Assembly: GCA_963724765.1 (NCBI GenBank) | Contig: CAVRVY010000003.1 | Coordinates: 1,376,001-1,440,000 of the forward strand | From: an uncultured delta proteobacterium | GTDB lineage: Bacteria; Desulfobacterota; Binatia; Binatales; Binataceae | Direction of reading: 5' to 3' | Length of the DNA stretch: 64,000 bases | In this document: positions 28,477 through 38,137 of the stretch, piece after piece | Numbering within the stretch: position 1 is the stretch's first letter | How the letters are laid out: each line of letters opens with the position of its first letter | Translations under genes and position numbers: made by a program | Notes under the pieces: generated by a model | The model's database searches: none | What the model was told of the DNA's origin: nothing | Seen by the model: only the letters and a program-made list of their open reading frames with translations

Positions 28477-30006
28477 CTAACTGAGCGGCACGGCCTGGCC
28501 GGCCTCTATCCACAGGTTCTCGAAGACCCATAGTCCAAAAAGGCTGAGAATCGCGGCAACCGCCATCAGCGCTGGAACGCGCGCCGCTATTCCCAGTCCA
28601 AGCAGAACCAGCGGCAGAATTGTCCCGAACGCTACGACCACAAGCCAGAAGCGGCGGCTGAGTTCGCCGCGCGAGATAAGATCGGCGGCGCGCCGGAAGT
28701 CCTCGCTCATCGCGGGCAGTGCCAATTCCATCAGTATCATCACCAGGCCGATCGTCAACGCCACGAACAGAATGGCTGCAGGAAAATAGATCGCGAAGGG
28801 TGCGGAACCGAGTGGCACGGCGACGATGATCAACAGTGCCGCGCCGCCAATAAGTGCTTGCACCAGCAGATGCCAGATGAAAACCGGGCTCTGCCACAGA
28901 TCGCGCGCTTTGGCCTGCGCAAACAAAAACGCGGAGTAGCACGCGGAACCGATCCCAAAAACCGCAGTCGCGACAATGAGCGCGGCGGGAACCGAGCCGG
29001 CAAACCAGCCGCAGGCGAGCCACGCCGTCGCCAGCGCGCCGTAAATCATCAGGATATACGTGCCCCACACCAGCCATGAGCGAAAGTTGGGCCTGGTGAT
29101 CAAATAGTAGAAACGCCACGGCTGCTTGAGGTCGGCGATCAGCAGCACAACCGTGACGCCGAGGAAGAGTAGCGCAAGGATTGGGCTCACGATGTAGACC
29201 AGGGTCGCGTCACCGCCGCTCGGAGTCCCGAGCAGCAGCCCCGCGATCATCAGCACTCCCGCCGCGATCGACTTGGTCCAAAGATATGCGGCCGGAATCG
29301 CACCCCACGGCGCTGCGTGCGGGACGTCGTATACGATACGCGCCGAGCCGGGCGCCACGTCGTCTGCGCCATCGCCGGTAGCGGGACGGCCGTCACCGAG
29401 CGGATTGTGGTCGGCCCACATCGAGGTATGCTCGGACCGCATCATCGAGGGTTGCAGCAGGTCACCCTCGATACCGACATAAAACAGCTTGGGCTGCGTT
29501 CCCTTGTGCGGCTTGCGAGTTGCGACCTTCTGAGTTGCAACGATGTGGCTGACGCGGCTTTGCGGATCGTCGAGGTCGCCGGTCATGATCGCCTGCGTCG
29601 GACATACGACGACGCAGGCCGGCTCGAGATTGGCCTCGACGCGATGCGCGCAGAAGTTGCACTTGGCGGCGGTGCTGGTGGCTGGGTCGATGTATAGCGC
29701 GTCGTAGGGGCAGGCCTGCATGCAGGATTTGCATCCGATACAGCGGCTGTTGTCGAAATCAACGATGCCGTTGTCGCGCTTGAACAGCGCGCTGGTCGGA
29801 CAAATCTCGATGCATGGCGCCTGATCGCAATGGTTGCAGCGCATCACGCCGAAATGTCGGCTGACGTCGGGAAAGGAACCCTTCTCGATGTATTTGACCC
29901 AGGTGCGGAAGACGCCGACCGGGACCTTGTGCTCATCCTTGCAAGCGACCGTGCACGCATGGCATCCGATGCATCGGTCCTGGTCGATCACGAAGCCGTA
30001 ACGCAC
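28477..30006 (-). CDS. Fused 4x[4Fe-4S] ferredoxin (DmsB/PsrB-like) and NrfD/PsrC membrane anchor
   Basis: CIGCHACTVAC, CNHC..APC..CP, CIGCKSCMQACP, KCNFC..PACVVVCP, then about 8 TM helices with ADLKQPWRF..SWLVWG. Start GTG 30006 or 30024. Confidence 0.9.
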   Translation of the reverse strand: MRYGFVIDQDRCIGCHACTVACKDEHKVPVGVFRTWVKYIEKGSFPDVSRHFGVMRCNHCDQAPCIEICPTSALFKRDNGIVDFDNSRCIGCKSCMQACPYDALYIDPATSTAAKCNFCAHRVEANLEPACVVVCPTQAIMTGDLDDPQSRVSHIVATQKVATRKPHKGTQPKLFYVGIEGDLLQPSMMRSEHTSMWADHNPLGDGRPATGDGADDVAPGSARIVYDVPHAAPWGAIPAAYLWTKSIAAGVLMIAGLLLGTPSGGDATLVYIVSPILALLFLGVTVVLLIADLKQPWRFYYLITRPNFRSWLVWGTYILMIYGALATAWLACGWFAGSVPAALIVATAVFGIGSACYSAFLFAQAKARDLWQSPVFIWHLLVQALIGGAALLIIVAVPLGSAPFAIYFPAAILFVALTIGLVMILMELALPAMSEDFRRAADLISRGELSRRFWLVVVAFGTILPLVLLGLGIAARVPALMAVAAILSLFGLWVFENLWIEAGQAVPLS

Positions 30007-30171
30007 GCGCGAGTCCCCCCGCACCCTTCAACGCAAGGTGTTGCACAAAATCGAGAATGAGACCAACTGAGAGATTTCCGTCCCGGGCGAACCCAGGCGC
30101 GAACAGCCGCGGCTCCGTCCTACTACAGGAGCGGTGAAGCGGTCAAAGACGTGTGGCCGGCGTACACGCGT

Positions 30172-31482
30172 TCACGGCTCCCAGAACGGCACTTCCGTGA
30201 TAAGGGTCAGGCCGCGGTTGGTATGCGAGCGCGCGCTCACGGTGCCGCCGTTGGTCTCGGTCAGGGCGCGCGCAATATACAGCTTCCATCCCGAAGAGCC
30301 CATTCCCTGGCGATCCTGGATCGGTCGCTCGAAGAGATGCGAGAACTGCTCCTGGCTGAGTTGCGGGCCGGTATCCTGAACCTCGATTATCACTTTGCCG
30401 CCGCTTAAGTAGGTACGCAGCACCACTTCGCCGCTTTCGGTCCGCTGAATACCGTTGCTGAGCAGGTTGGCCGCGATGCGCTCGAGGTGCAATGGATCGA
30501 GGCTGCCGCGCGGCATCCCGCCCAGCTCGGTGCGCATCCGCAACCCCTTAAGCCGCGCCTCGCGCCCGTAAACGTCCGCGACTTCCTGCACGATGACGTT
30601 GGGATCGATGATCCGCGGATGCGGCTGGAGGTTGTCCTCTTCGAGCAGGTACATATCGAGCACGTTCTTGACCAGCAGGTCCATCGCGCGCGAGGTCGAG
30701 CCGACGCGGGCGAGCAAATGAGTGGTCTCTTTTTCGCTGAGCTCGTCCTCCTCGAGCAGCGTGACCAGCCCGACCAGCGTGGCCAGCGGGTTGCGGATGT
30801 CATGGGTCATCGTGCCGACCTGACGCTCGCGGAACTTGGCCGCCGACGCCAACTGCTCCATCTGCGCGCGCAGCTTGCCCAGGTAACGGTCGAGAAACAC
30901 CGCCGTGAACCACGACAATATCAGCGCGGCGATGAAGCCCAGCCATCGGTAGACCGTGTACTGGTCGTGCGAGGGCACGGCCAGCTCGGCCGCCCCGAAC
31001 ATCGCCAGGCATCCCAGGTTGAGCATCCCTTGCCAGCGCGGTCCCCACATCACGAAGGCCGCGGTGGCGAACGGACACAGAATGATTGCTATAAAGGCCA
31101 GCTCAGGATTGTGGCCGAGCGAGGCGATTTTGATGAACAACGCAATGACGGCGACGCAGGTAGTCAGCGTCCAGGCCTTCCAGTAGCGGCGGAAACCGCT
31201 AAGCCAGGTCAGCCCGAAGAACGCCGTGACGATCGCGAACGCTGCGTACTGGTATGGGCTTATCCCATGCTGACCGACCCGCAGCATCTCTATGGCGCCA
31301 TAGGCGGCCAGGAAAAAGATCGCGATCGGCCCCGCGACCTTCAGCGTACTGATGGCCTCGGCGTCGTGATCGATCTCGAGCAGAACGCGGCGGTCAGCCG
31401 CTACCGGGCGCCGCGGACCCAGTACGATCCCCGGCTGCTCCGCGCCGGCTTCGTCTGCCGCAATGACCTGCGCTGTTGCCAT
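30172..31482 (-). CDS. Membrane sensor histidine kinase
   Basis: About 6 TM segments, MTHDIRNPL (H box), NLLSNG (N box), VQDTG (G1); G2 box atypical (SSGWKLYI). Confidence 0.85.
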   Translation of the reverse strand: MATAQVIAADEAGAEQPGIVLGPRRPVAADRRVLLEIDHDAEAISTLKVAGPIAIFFLAAYGAIEMLRVGQHGISPYQYAAFAIVTAFFGLTWLSGFRRYWKAWTLTTCVAVIALFIKIASLGHNPELAFIAIILCPFATAAFVMWGPRWQGMLNLGCLAMFGAAELAVPSHDQYTVYRWLGFIAALILSWFTAVFLDRYLGKLRAQMEQLASAAKFRERQVGTMTHDIRNPLATLVGLVTLLEEDELSEKETTHLLARVGSTSRAMDLLVKNVLDMYLLEEDNLQPHPRIIDPNVIVQEVADVYGREARLKGLRMRTELGGMPRGSLDPLHLERIAANLLSNGIQRTESGEVVLRTYLSGGKVIIEVQDTGPQLSQEQFSHLFERPIQDRQGMGSSGWKLYIARALTETNGGTVSARSHTNRGLTLITEVPFWEP

Positions 31483-31501
31483 AACCCCCCCCAGGGGATG
31501 C

Positions 31502-32719
31502 TCAGGCTTTAGATTTGCCGATGGCGCGACCAGCTTCAAGCGCCTCGGCCATCATTTGCAAGCCAAAATCCACTTCCGCAGCCCCCATATTCAGAGGTGG
31601 CGCCAGCCTTACCACGCGCTCGGCATTTAGCGTCCAGTTGATAATCACGCCGCGTGCCAGCGCCTCGCGCACAAAACTCTGGGCCGCCCCCGAACTCCCG
31701 AACTCTATTCCTATAAGTGCTCCAATAGCACGCACCGCTGCAACCTCCGCCGAGGCGACCCGTCGTAGCCCCTGCGCCAGTTCTTCGCCAAGCGCGCTCG
31801 CCCGCTCCCACAGCCGCTCATCGACGATGACCTCCAGTGCCGCGAGCCCCGCCGCACACGACATCGGATGACCGCCGAAGGTCGTGATGTGGCCGAGCGG
31901 CGGATCGCGGGCGAGTTCTCCGATCAGCCGATCGGAACCGCAAAACGCGCCCAACGGCAAACCGCCGCCCAACGCCTTGGCCATCACCACCAGGTCGGGC
32001 ACCACCCCGAAGTGCTCCATCGCGAACAGCCGCCCGGTGCGGCCCATCCCGCTCAAAACCTCGTCGTAGATCAGTATCGCTCCCGCCAGGTCGCATCGCT
32101 CGCGCAGCGCCTGCATGAAGCCAACTGAGGGGATGCGTACGCCGCCCTCGGCCTGCACCGGCTCGATTATCACCGCGGCGACCGTCGAATCGATCGCTTC
32201 CAGCGCGGCGGTGTCGCCGTACGGCAGATGGCTTACCGGGCCCGGCAGCGGTTCGAACGGTGCGCGAAACACCGGATTTCCCATCAGCGCCAGCGCTGCC
32301 ATCGTGTCCCCATGATACGCGCCGTCGAACGCCACGAAGCGCGCGCGGCGGGTATGCTTGCGCGCCGTCTTGAGCGCGCCCTCGATCGCCTCGGCGCCGC
32401 TATTGGTGAAATAGACGCATTCCAGCGGGGCGGGCAACAAACCCGCCAAGCGCTGGGCAAGCCGCACCTGCGCTTCGATAACGTATTCCCCGTATACCAT
32501 TACGTGCAGATGGCGGCGGGCCTGGGTGGCAATCGCGTCGAGCACAGCAGGATGGCCATGGCCGAGGGCGGAAACCCCGATCCCGGCGATCAAGTCCAGA
32601 TAACGGCGTCCGTCGGCCGTGTACAGCCACGAACCCTCGGCACGGATGACCTCAAGACCGATCGGAGCTGGCGAGGTCTGCGCGACATGGCGCAAAAAGC
32701 CTTCTCGCAACGCACTCAT
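31502..32719 (-). CDS. Class III PLP-dependent aminotransferase
   Basis: GHGHP, TNSGAEAIEGALK, AYHGDT, IEPVQAEGG, DEVLSGMGRTG, AKALGGG (PLP Lys). Confidence 0.93.
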   Translation of the reverse strand: MSALREGFLRHVAQTSPAPIGLEVIRAEGSWLYTADGRRYLDLIAGIGVSALGHGHPAVLDAIATQARRHLHVMVYGEYVIEAQVRLAQRLAGLLPAPLECVYFTNSGAEAIEGALKTARKHTRRARFVAFDGAYHGDTMAALALMGNPVFRAPFEPLPGPVSHLPYGDTAALEAIDSTVAAVIIEPVQAEGGVRIPSVGFMQALRERCDLAGAILIYDEVLSGMGRTGRLFAMEHFGVVPDLVVMAKALGGGLPLGAFCGSDRLIGELARDPPLGHITTFGGHPMSCAAGLAALEVIVDERLWERASALGEELAQGLRRVASAEVAAVRAIGALIGIEFGSSGAAQSFVREALARGVIINWTLNAERVVRLAPPLNMGAAEVDFGLQMMAEALEAGRAIGKSKA

Positions 32720-34056
32720 CGCGTCGCCTTTCGCAGCAGTTCGAGCATTGCGCCGCCCCCATGCGGCCAGTCAAGCGGCGGCGATTGCATCCGCCCCGGC
32801 TCGCACACGTATGACGCGCCGAGCCGCTGCAATTCCAACCGCAGCCGCGCGTGAAACTCGGGCGGCGCCGCCAACGCGAAGGCTTCCAGCCGGCCGGCCG
32901 CCGCATCCAGTCGTCCTCCTAATTCGTCAGCGCGCTCAAGCGCGCTGACGAACACAGTGCGATAGCCCGGCGACGCGCAAAACGTTGCGGCGCCGTCATA
33001 AATGACGGTCCCAGCCATGTCCTCGCTCTCCCATAACGCGACGTCATGATCACCTTCGTGGCAATCGTGATCGGGGCCTGTCCGCTGCGCGAGCGCGCGC
33101 CATCGCGCGCGCTCGCGCAGCGCCCGGATCGCCGCGGCCGCGCCCAGCGGGAGGCGCGCCGGCGCCGGCAGCCGGCGCGCCAGGCGCTCCAGCGCGCGGG
33201 CGAGGCGCGCGGCGAAGCCGCGCGCCTCGCCCGCGCCGCCCACCACGAACACGTGATGCGGCGAGAGACATCCGCGCTGCTCGAACAGCGTGACGTCGCG
33301 GGCGAGTCGGTCCGCCGCCGCGTCGGCGGCGGACGGACTCACCCCGGACAGTACCACCAGCGCGCCGCTTAGCCGGCTGCCGAAGCCGGCCAGCGGCGGC
33401 GCCTGGCGGGGGGCCGCGGCGGTGAGCGCAGCGATGGAGGCGTCGTCGCCGTAGGCAACGACGCCTCCATCGCTGCAGGCCCACAATTCGCGCATCGCGG
33501 CATCGTCGGCGCGGCCGAAATTCACCACTGCCACGCGTGCGGCCACCGCCGCGTCAACCTCTGCCAGTGTGCGCATGAAATTGGCGAAAAACAGCGGTTC
33601 GCCGCTCGCGCTCTTGATCAGCAGCCCGGCACCAGCCAGCAACGCTGCGCAAACTTCATGGATTCCGGCACCCGGCACGTTGCCGGGCATCAGGAAGCCG
33701 AACGAGCGATTGGCGACGGGGAGCTTGGCCGCGAGCGACTTCAGTGACGCGGCTGTAACGGGTTCGAGGAGCGCATCGAGTGATTCGTCGAGCAACGCCG
33801 GCGTCATCCCAAGGGCGGACGCGAGTCCCGTGACGGTCTGGCGGCGCGCGGCTGACTGGCGCCTGCGCCAACGTTCGGCGGTATGGCTAAGCGCAGTCGC
33901 GACCCGCTCCGGAGAGCATCGCTCGGCCCCTCGCACGCGCGCCGCGGCCTGCGCTATCGCGGCGGTCGTCGAAACCGACGGCGCCGAATCGGCGGCGCGC
34001 TGTCTGCTGACAGGCAAGTCCTCCACAGCCGTCCCCGGTATTGTGGCGCGATTCAT
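32716..34056 (-). CDS. LuxC-family acyl-CoA/acyl-protein reductase
   Basis: PGNVPG, IKSASGEP, VAYGDD, FEQRGCLSPH (catalytic Cys), GRMQSPPLDWPHGG. Confidence 0.85.
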   Translation of the reverse strand: MNRATIPGTAVEDLPVSRQRAADSAPSVSTTAAIAQAAARVRGAERCSPERVATALSHTAERWRRRQSAARRQTVTGLASALGMTPALLDESLDALLEPVTAASLKSLAAKLPVANRSFGFLMPGNVPGAGIHEVCAALLAGAGLLIKSASGEPLFFANFMRTLAEVDAAVAARVAVVNFGRADDAAMRELWACSDGGVVAYGDDASIAALTAAAPRQAPPLAGFGSRLSGALVVLSGVSPSAADAAADRLARDVTLFEQRGCLSPHHVFVVGGAGEARGFAARLARALERLARRLPAPARLPLGAAAAIRALRERARWRALAQRTGPDHDCHEGDHDVALWESEDMAGTVIYDGAATFCASPGYRTVFVSALERADELGGRLDAAAGRLEAFALAAPPEFHARLRLELQRLGASYVCEPGRMQSPPLDWPHGGGAMLELLRKATR

Positions 34057-34081
34057 TTGTGCCGCACTGCCGCCGCTCCTG

Positions 34082-35215
34082 TCAGCTCTGCTTCGCGGCA
34101 AACTGTTCCATTCCGAGTGCGCAGCCGCGCGCCTGGCCGTCTTCCGCACGGCCGAGCACCCTGACGGCGCCGTCCTGTACGATCGCCAGGTCTCCAGTCA
34201 GAATCGCCGATACCGAGCCGACGTTGGCCAAATCGAAGAAACGCAGCAAGCCGGGATGGCCGTCCGGGACGCGCTTGAGGCTCGCAGGGTCGACCGCCGC
34301 AACGCCGAGCCACGCCGGCCCCAGCTTGCGGCGCTCGTCGGCACGCTCCTCAGATGGTTCGACGCGGCGCGAGTTGCGAGAATTGCGAGAATTGCGAGAA
34401 TTGAACGATGTCGTATCGTATAACTGCGAACACATCTCGGTCATCCCGTATTCGTTGATCACCATCGTCGGTTCGAGCCCGAGAAGAGCCTGCGCATGCT
34501 CGACGACCTGGCCCGGGCGCAGCGGGACGCGCTGGCCCTTGGCGCCGCCGGTATCCATTAGACGAGAGCCGGCCGCGAGGGATAGCTGCAGACGCTGCGC
34601 ACGCAATTCGTCGAATAGCGCTCCAAACGCCGCCGTTGTTCCCATAACGCAGACCGGGTCGCCGCGGCGCTGGGCCGAGCGCAGAAACTCCAACGCCGGC
34701 GCGATTTCCACCCCTTTGCGGTCGGCCACACAAAGCGCGTCGCCGGCGCCGAACTCCTCGATCATCCAGCTTATCATCTGTCCGAGCGACGACTCGGGCA
34801 TCCGGTCAACGGTCGGATGAAAGCTGAGCATCCGCATCCTGGCTCCGTCGGGAAATAGCATCCTTGCCAGATGGCCCAGCGCCGAGGCGCGGTAGATGTC
34901 GAGACGGGGGACTAGATGGCGTCCGCGTTCGTCTCGCCCAGCGGTCGTGCCGCTGGTCATGAAGACGCGCCCCTGCCCGGGCTGCGAGGGCGTAACCGAG
35001 TCAGCCAGCTCAGCGTACTTAAACGCGGCGGTGCTAAGCGCAGGGACTTGGTCGAGCGAGCGTACCTCGCCCCGATTTACGCCACGGGATAGACAGTACC
35101 GGCGGTAGGGCGAAACGGTATCGAACTGATGGCGAAAAACGTCGAGCGCAAGGGACTCGAAGCGCGCCTGCTCGGGTGCGCGGATAAACGCGAGAACCTC
35201 ATCATAAATCGCCAT
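34082..35215 (-). CDS. LuxE/PaaK-family acyl-protein synthetase
   Basis: FMTSGTT, MDTGGAKG, NEYGMTEMCSQLY, FFDLAN..S..ILTGDL, VLGRA...RGCA (acylated Cys motif). Confidence 0.87.
   Translation of the reverse strand: MAIYDEVLAFIRAPEQARFESLALDVFRHQFDTVSPYRRYCLSRGVNRGEVRSLDQVPALSTAAFKYAELADSVTPSQPGQGRVFMTSGTTAGRDERGRHLVPRLDIYRASALGHLARMLFPDGARMRMLSFHPTVDRMPESSLGQMISWMIEEFGAGDALCVADRKGVEIAPALEFLRSAQRRGDPVCVMGTTAAFGALFDELRAQRLQLSLAAGSRLMDTGGAKGQRVPLRPGQVVEHAQALLGLEPTMVINEYGMTEMCSQLYDTTSFNSRNSRNSRNSRRVEPSEERADERRKLGPAWLGVAAVDPASLKRVPDGHPGLLRFFDLANVGSVSAILTGDLAIVQDGAVRVLGRAEDGQARGCALGMEQFAAKQS
34374..34400. repeat. In-frame 9-bp tandem repeat (TTGCGAGAA x3) inside the luxE-like gene
   Basis: Three perfect copies, translating as NSRNSRNSR on the minus strand. 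Confidence 0.85.
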
Positions 35216-35379
35216 AGGGGGTTGTCGCGCCGCGGGCCTGTAGACCGAACAGTGCACGAACCAATTGCAAATGATGGCATCTGGATGCGTCGCTATTCAA
35301 TCCCACCCTACGATCTGCTAGTAGAAGGCGTGGTGGTGTGGACGTGGTGGGGTGCTTCAGCCAGTATTACGGGACTTAA

Positions 35380-35787
35380 ATGAAAAAATTCATTGCGGGT
35401 GTGGTAGTAGGCTTCTTGCTGAGTTGCGTGGGAGTGTTCGCCGCGCCCAGTTTCGATCACAACGGTTCGTATTGGAACCAGCTTAACGCGTCAGCCAAGA
35501 GCGGCTACGTCAACGGCTACAGCGACGCGATGCAGGTCAGTGTCGGCAAGCTCAATGTCCTGACGACCGCCGCCGATCTCTTCCATTGGAAAGGCGCCGA
35601 CAGGATTATCCATCAGTTGTCGCACGAGTTGGCGATGTCGGAGTTGAAGCCGGCGGACGCGGTAAAGCGCCTCGACACGCTATACGCCAATCGCAAATAT
35701 TCCGAGCTCGACCTCGGCACAGCTCTGCAGGTGCTGGCGATTGACACCACCGATCAGGGTGCCGCAGGCGTGACCGAGAAGAAGTAG
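35380..35787 (+). CDS. Secreted hypothetical protein
   Basis: Signal-peptide-like MKKFIAGVVVGFLLSCVGVFA; NG.YW..L....K..YVNG..D helical motif. Confidence 0.75.
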   Translation: MKKFIAGVVVGFLLSCVGVFAAPSFDHNGSYWNQLNASAKSGYVNGYSDAMQVSVGKLNVLTTAADLFHWKGADRIIHQLSHELAMSELKPADAVKRLDTLYANRKYSELDLGTALQVLAIDTTDQGAAGVTEKK

Positions 35788-36094
35788 GTTCCCGGGCTTC
35801 GAGTCCTGGCGGCTGCTTGTCCTGCGCCGCCTTTTACTTTCTCTATTCTATGGTTAGGCGCCGGCCGCTGATGCGGCTGTCGCAGTTTTGCGCCCATGCC
35901 GCTGGCTCCGCGCCCGATCCGGCCGCGGCGGGGGGCTTACCACCAGACCACGATGCGATCAGGCGGCGTTGACAATTTCATCTTTCCAGACTTAGGTTCC
36001 CTCAATCGATTCGCAACCTGCGTAGGTTGGAGGAGACACGCCATTCGCGCGTGCGAGCAACGTGACCTGATCGAGGCGCGTCAGGGGAGGCTTG

Positions 36095-36709
36095 GTGAAT
36101 AGACCGCTGGAGGTAAAATTCTACTTCGCTTACACCAGCCCCGTTTCCTACCTCGCCAAGGACCCGGCCTACGCGCTCGAGCGCTCGCACGACGTGCGCC
36201 TACGCCACATCCCCTACGGCGTCGATATACGGCGTGTCTATGGCGACGTGCCCACGCGCGGCGAGCGCGACCGGCGAAAGCTGCGCTATCTCTACCATGA
36301 CGCGCGGCGGATGGCGCGTGAGCGCGGCGTGGTGATCTATCCGCCGAAGCAGATTTTCAGCGCGCGGCGCGCGTTCTACGGCGGCTTCTGCGCCGAGGAC
36401 CAGGGCCTGTTCCGTCCCTACTCGGACCGCGTCTACCAGCGCTTTTGGAAGAACGAACTCGAAGTCGAAAACCCCGACGCCCTGGCTGCGATCCTTGAGG
36501 AAGTCGGCGCTGACACGGCGACTTTCCGCCACTGGATCGAAGACGAGGAGAGCGAGGCTAAGCCGCGGCTCAAGCGAGGCTTCGCCGAGGCGGCGGCGGA
36601 CCACGTCTTCGGCGTGCCGACGTTCGTGGCCGACGGCGAGATTTTCTGGGGCTACGACCGGATGCCGTGGCTGATCAAGAAATTGGATGCTCTCGGCCTG
36701 CGCCGCTGA
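36095..36709 (+). CDS. 2-hydroxychromene-2-carboxylate isomerase / kappa-GST (DsbA family)
   Basis: FYFAYTSPVSYL, YLYHDARR, HVFGVPTF..DGEIFWGYDR. Confidence 0.88.
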   Translation: MNRPLEVKFYFAYTSPVSYLAKDPAYALERSHDVRLRHIPYGVDIRRVYGDVPTRGERDRRKLRYLYHDARRMARERGVVIYPPKQIFSARRAFYGGFCAEDQGLFRPYSDRVYQRFWKNELEVENPDALAAILEEVGADTATFRHWIEDEESEAKPRLKRGFAEAAADHVFGVPTFVADGEIFWGYDRMPWLIKKLDALGLRR

Positions 36710-36713
36710 AAGG

Positions 36714-36770
<57 letters not shown>

Positions 36771-36955
36771 GCTTTGGCGTGGGGGTGACTGTGTTGCCAG
36801 TTACTCATGTCTAATATTTTACACACTACGACTGTTCTTATCGTCGTTAGCGTGTTGTCGTAAAGATAGAGCGCGAAGGTCTTGATACTAAAGGCATGCT
36901 TTTTGCGTAGAAGTTCTCGCGCTGGCAGCGGAATGAAGTGTGACTCGCCGAGCTT

Positions 36956-38119
36956 GTGATTTATGTTTCGAAAAACCGTATCACCGACGCGAATTACAAG
37001 AACGCGGTCGCTTTGACCCGTCACGCTAAACGCGACATTACCGATCTTTTTGCGATTGGACACACGACGTCTCATGGCTGGTTGGCAGAGTTGAACGGCT
37101 GCTTCGATTCTGTCGTTTCGGGGGTATCCCTCGACTCGGCCTTCATGGCCAGGCATACGATATGGTTATCCGGTGGGCGGGCTCTGGGTCCGACCGTCGC
37201 TGCCCAGTCAGCCGGTAACGCAGTACTACCACTGTGTGAAGAGCTGCAAGTTAGTTACGATAAGCTTCGCACCGTGGAACTGGCTCACAGTCTCGGTGTT
37301 CCAGCGCCGATCACGTGGCTGGTTAGTCAACCAGGTCAGTCCGCGGAGATACCGATCCGCTTACCGTGTGTGGTGAAGCCAGCGCGGGAAGCTACGGGAC
37401 TCAAGCTGGTGAGTTATTGCCGAAGCTCAGAGGAGTTGTCGAACGCCGTAGCTCATCAGCTGCATTGCTTGCAAGAAAAAGCGGCGGTTTTGGTCCAGGA
37501 GTTCATAGAGGGTAAGGGCTTCGGTTTATTTGCTCTGATGGATCACGGCGTGCCTCTTCGCGTCTTTATGCATCAGCGCATCCGCGAGTACCGCCTCCGG
37601 CGGAGCCAGCACGGCCGCTCGCGCATATTATTCCGAGCGGCTCAAAGAGCTGGGACTTAGGCTTCGACATCTGAGCTACAATGGCACGGCGTCGCCATGG
37701 TCGAATTCAAATACAGCGATGCGATAGAGGATTTCGTGTTGATGGAGATTAACGGCAAGTTTTGGGGTTCATTGGAGCTGGCGCTTTCGGCGGGAATAAA
37801 TTTCGGCGCTGATTTGATTCGTCTATACCGTGGCGAGAAGCTTTCCTACAGTGAGGAGTACGATCGCGATCACGAGTTTTACTGGCCGCTAGATGAGGAC
37901 CTATTGACCCTGTGGAAAACGCGCTCCCTAGGCAGGATAACCGATTACTGGAGGCCTAACGCCCACACTAACTTATCCCAGAGCTTGCGCGCTGACGCAG
38001 TTAAGGTTCTTCGTTTGGCCAAAAAACTGATTGCAGATCCGCTGCGGCCGCCACCAATGTGGGCGCCGAAACAGACCGCTCTTAACCTTGCGGCGCAACG
38101 CTCAGCCTCGGCTGATTAA
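36956..38119 (+). pseudogene. Frameshifted ATP-grasp (carboxylate-amine ligase) gene
   Basis: ITDANYKNAVAL, DKLRT..LA..LGVPAP.T, PCVVKP, LVQEFIEG, HQRIREY; shifts to SGGASTAA..RLKELG; shifts again to WHGVAMVEFK..LMEINGKFWGS. Confidence 0.75.
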
Positions 38120-38137
38120 ATCGGAAGGCAGCCATCG

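Noticed and set aside
32716-35215. Bioluminescence operon
   Set aside because: luxA, luxB and luxD are absent; luxC/luxE homologs are widespread in non-luminous bacteria.
35788-35830. TTCGAGTCC T-loop-like sequence as a tRNA or att site
   Set aside because: No cloverleaf, acceptor stem or CCA, and no integrase in the window.
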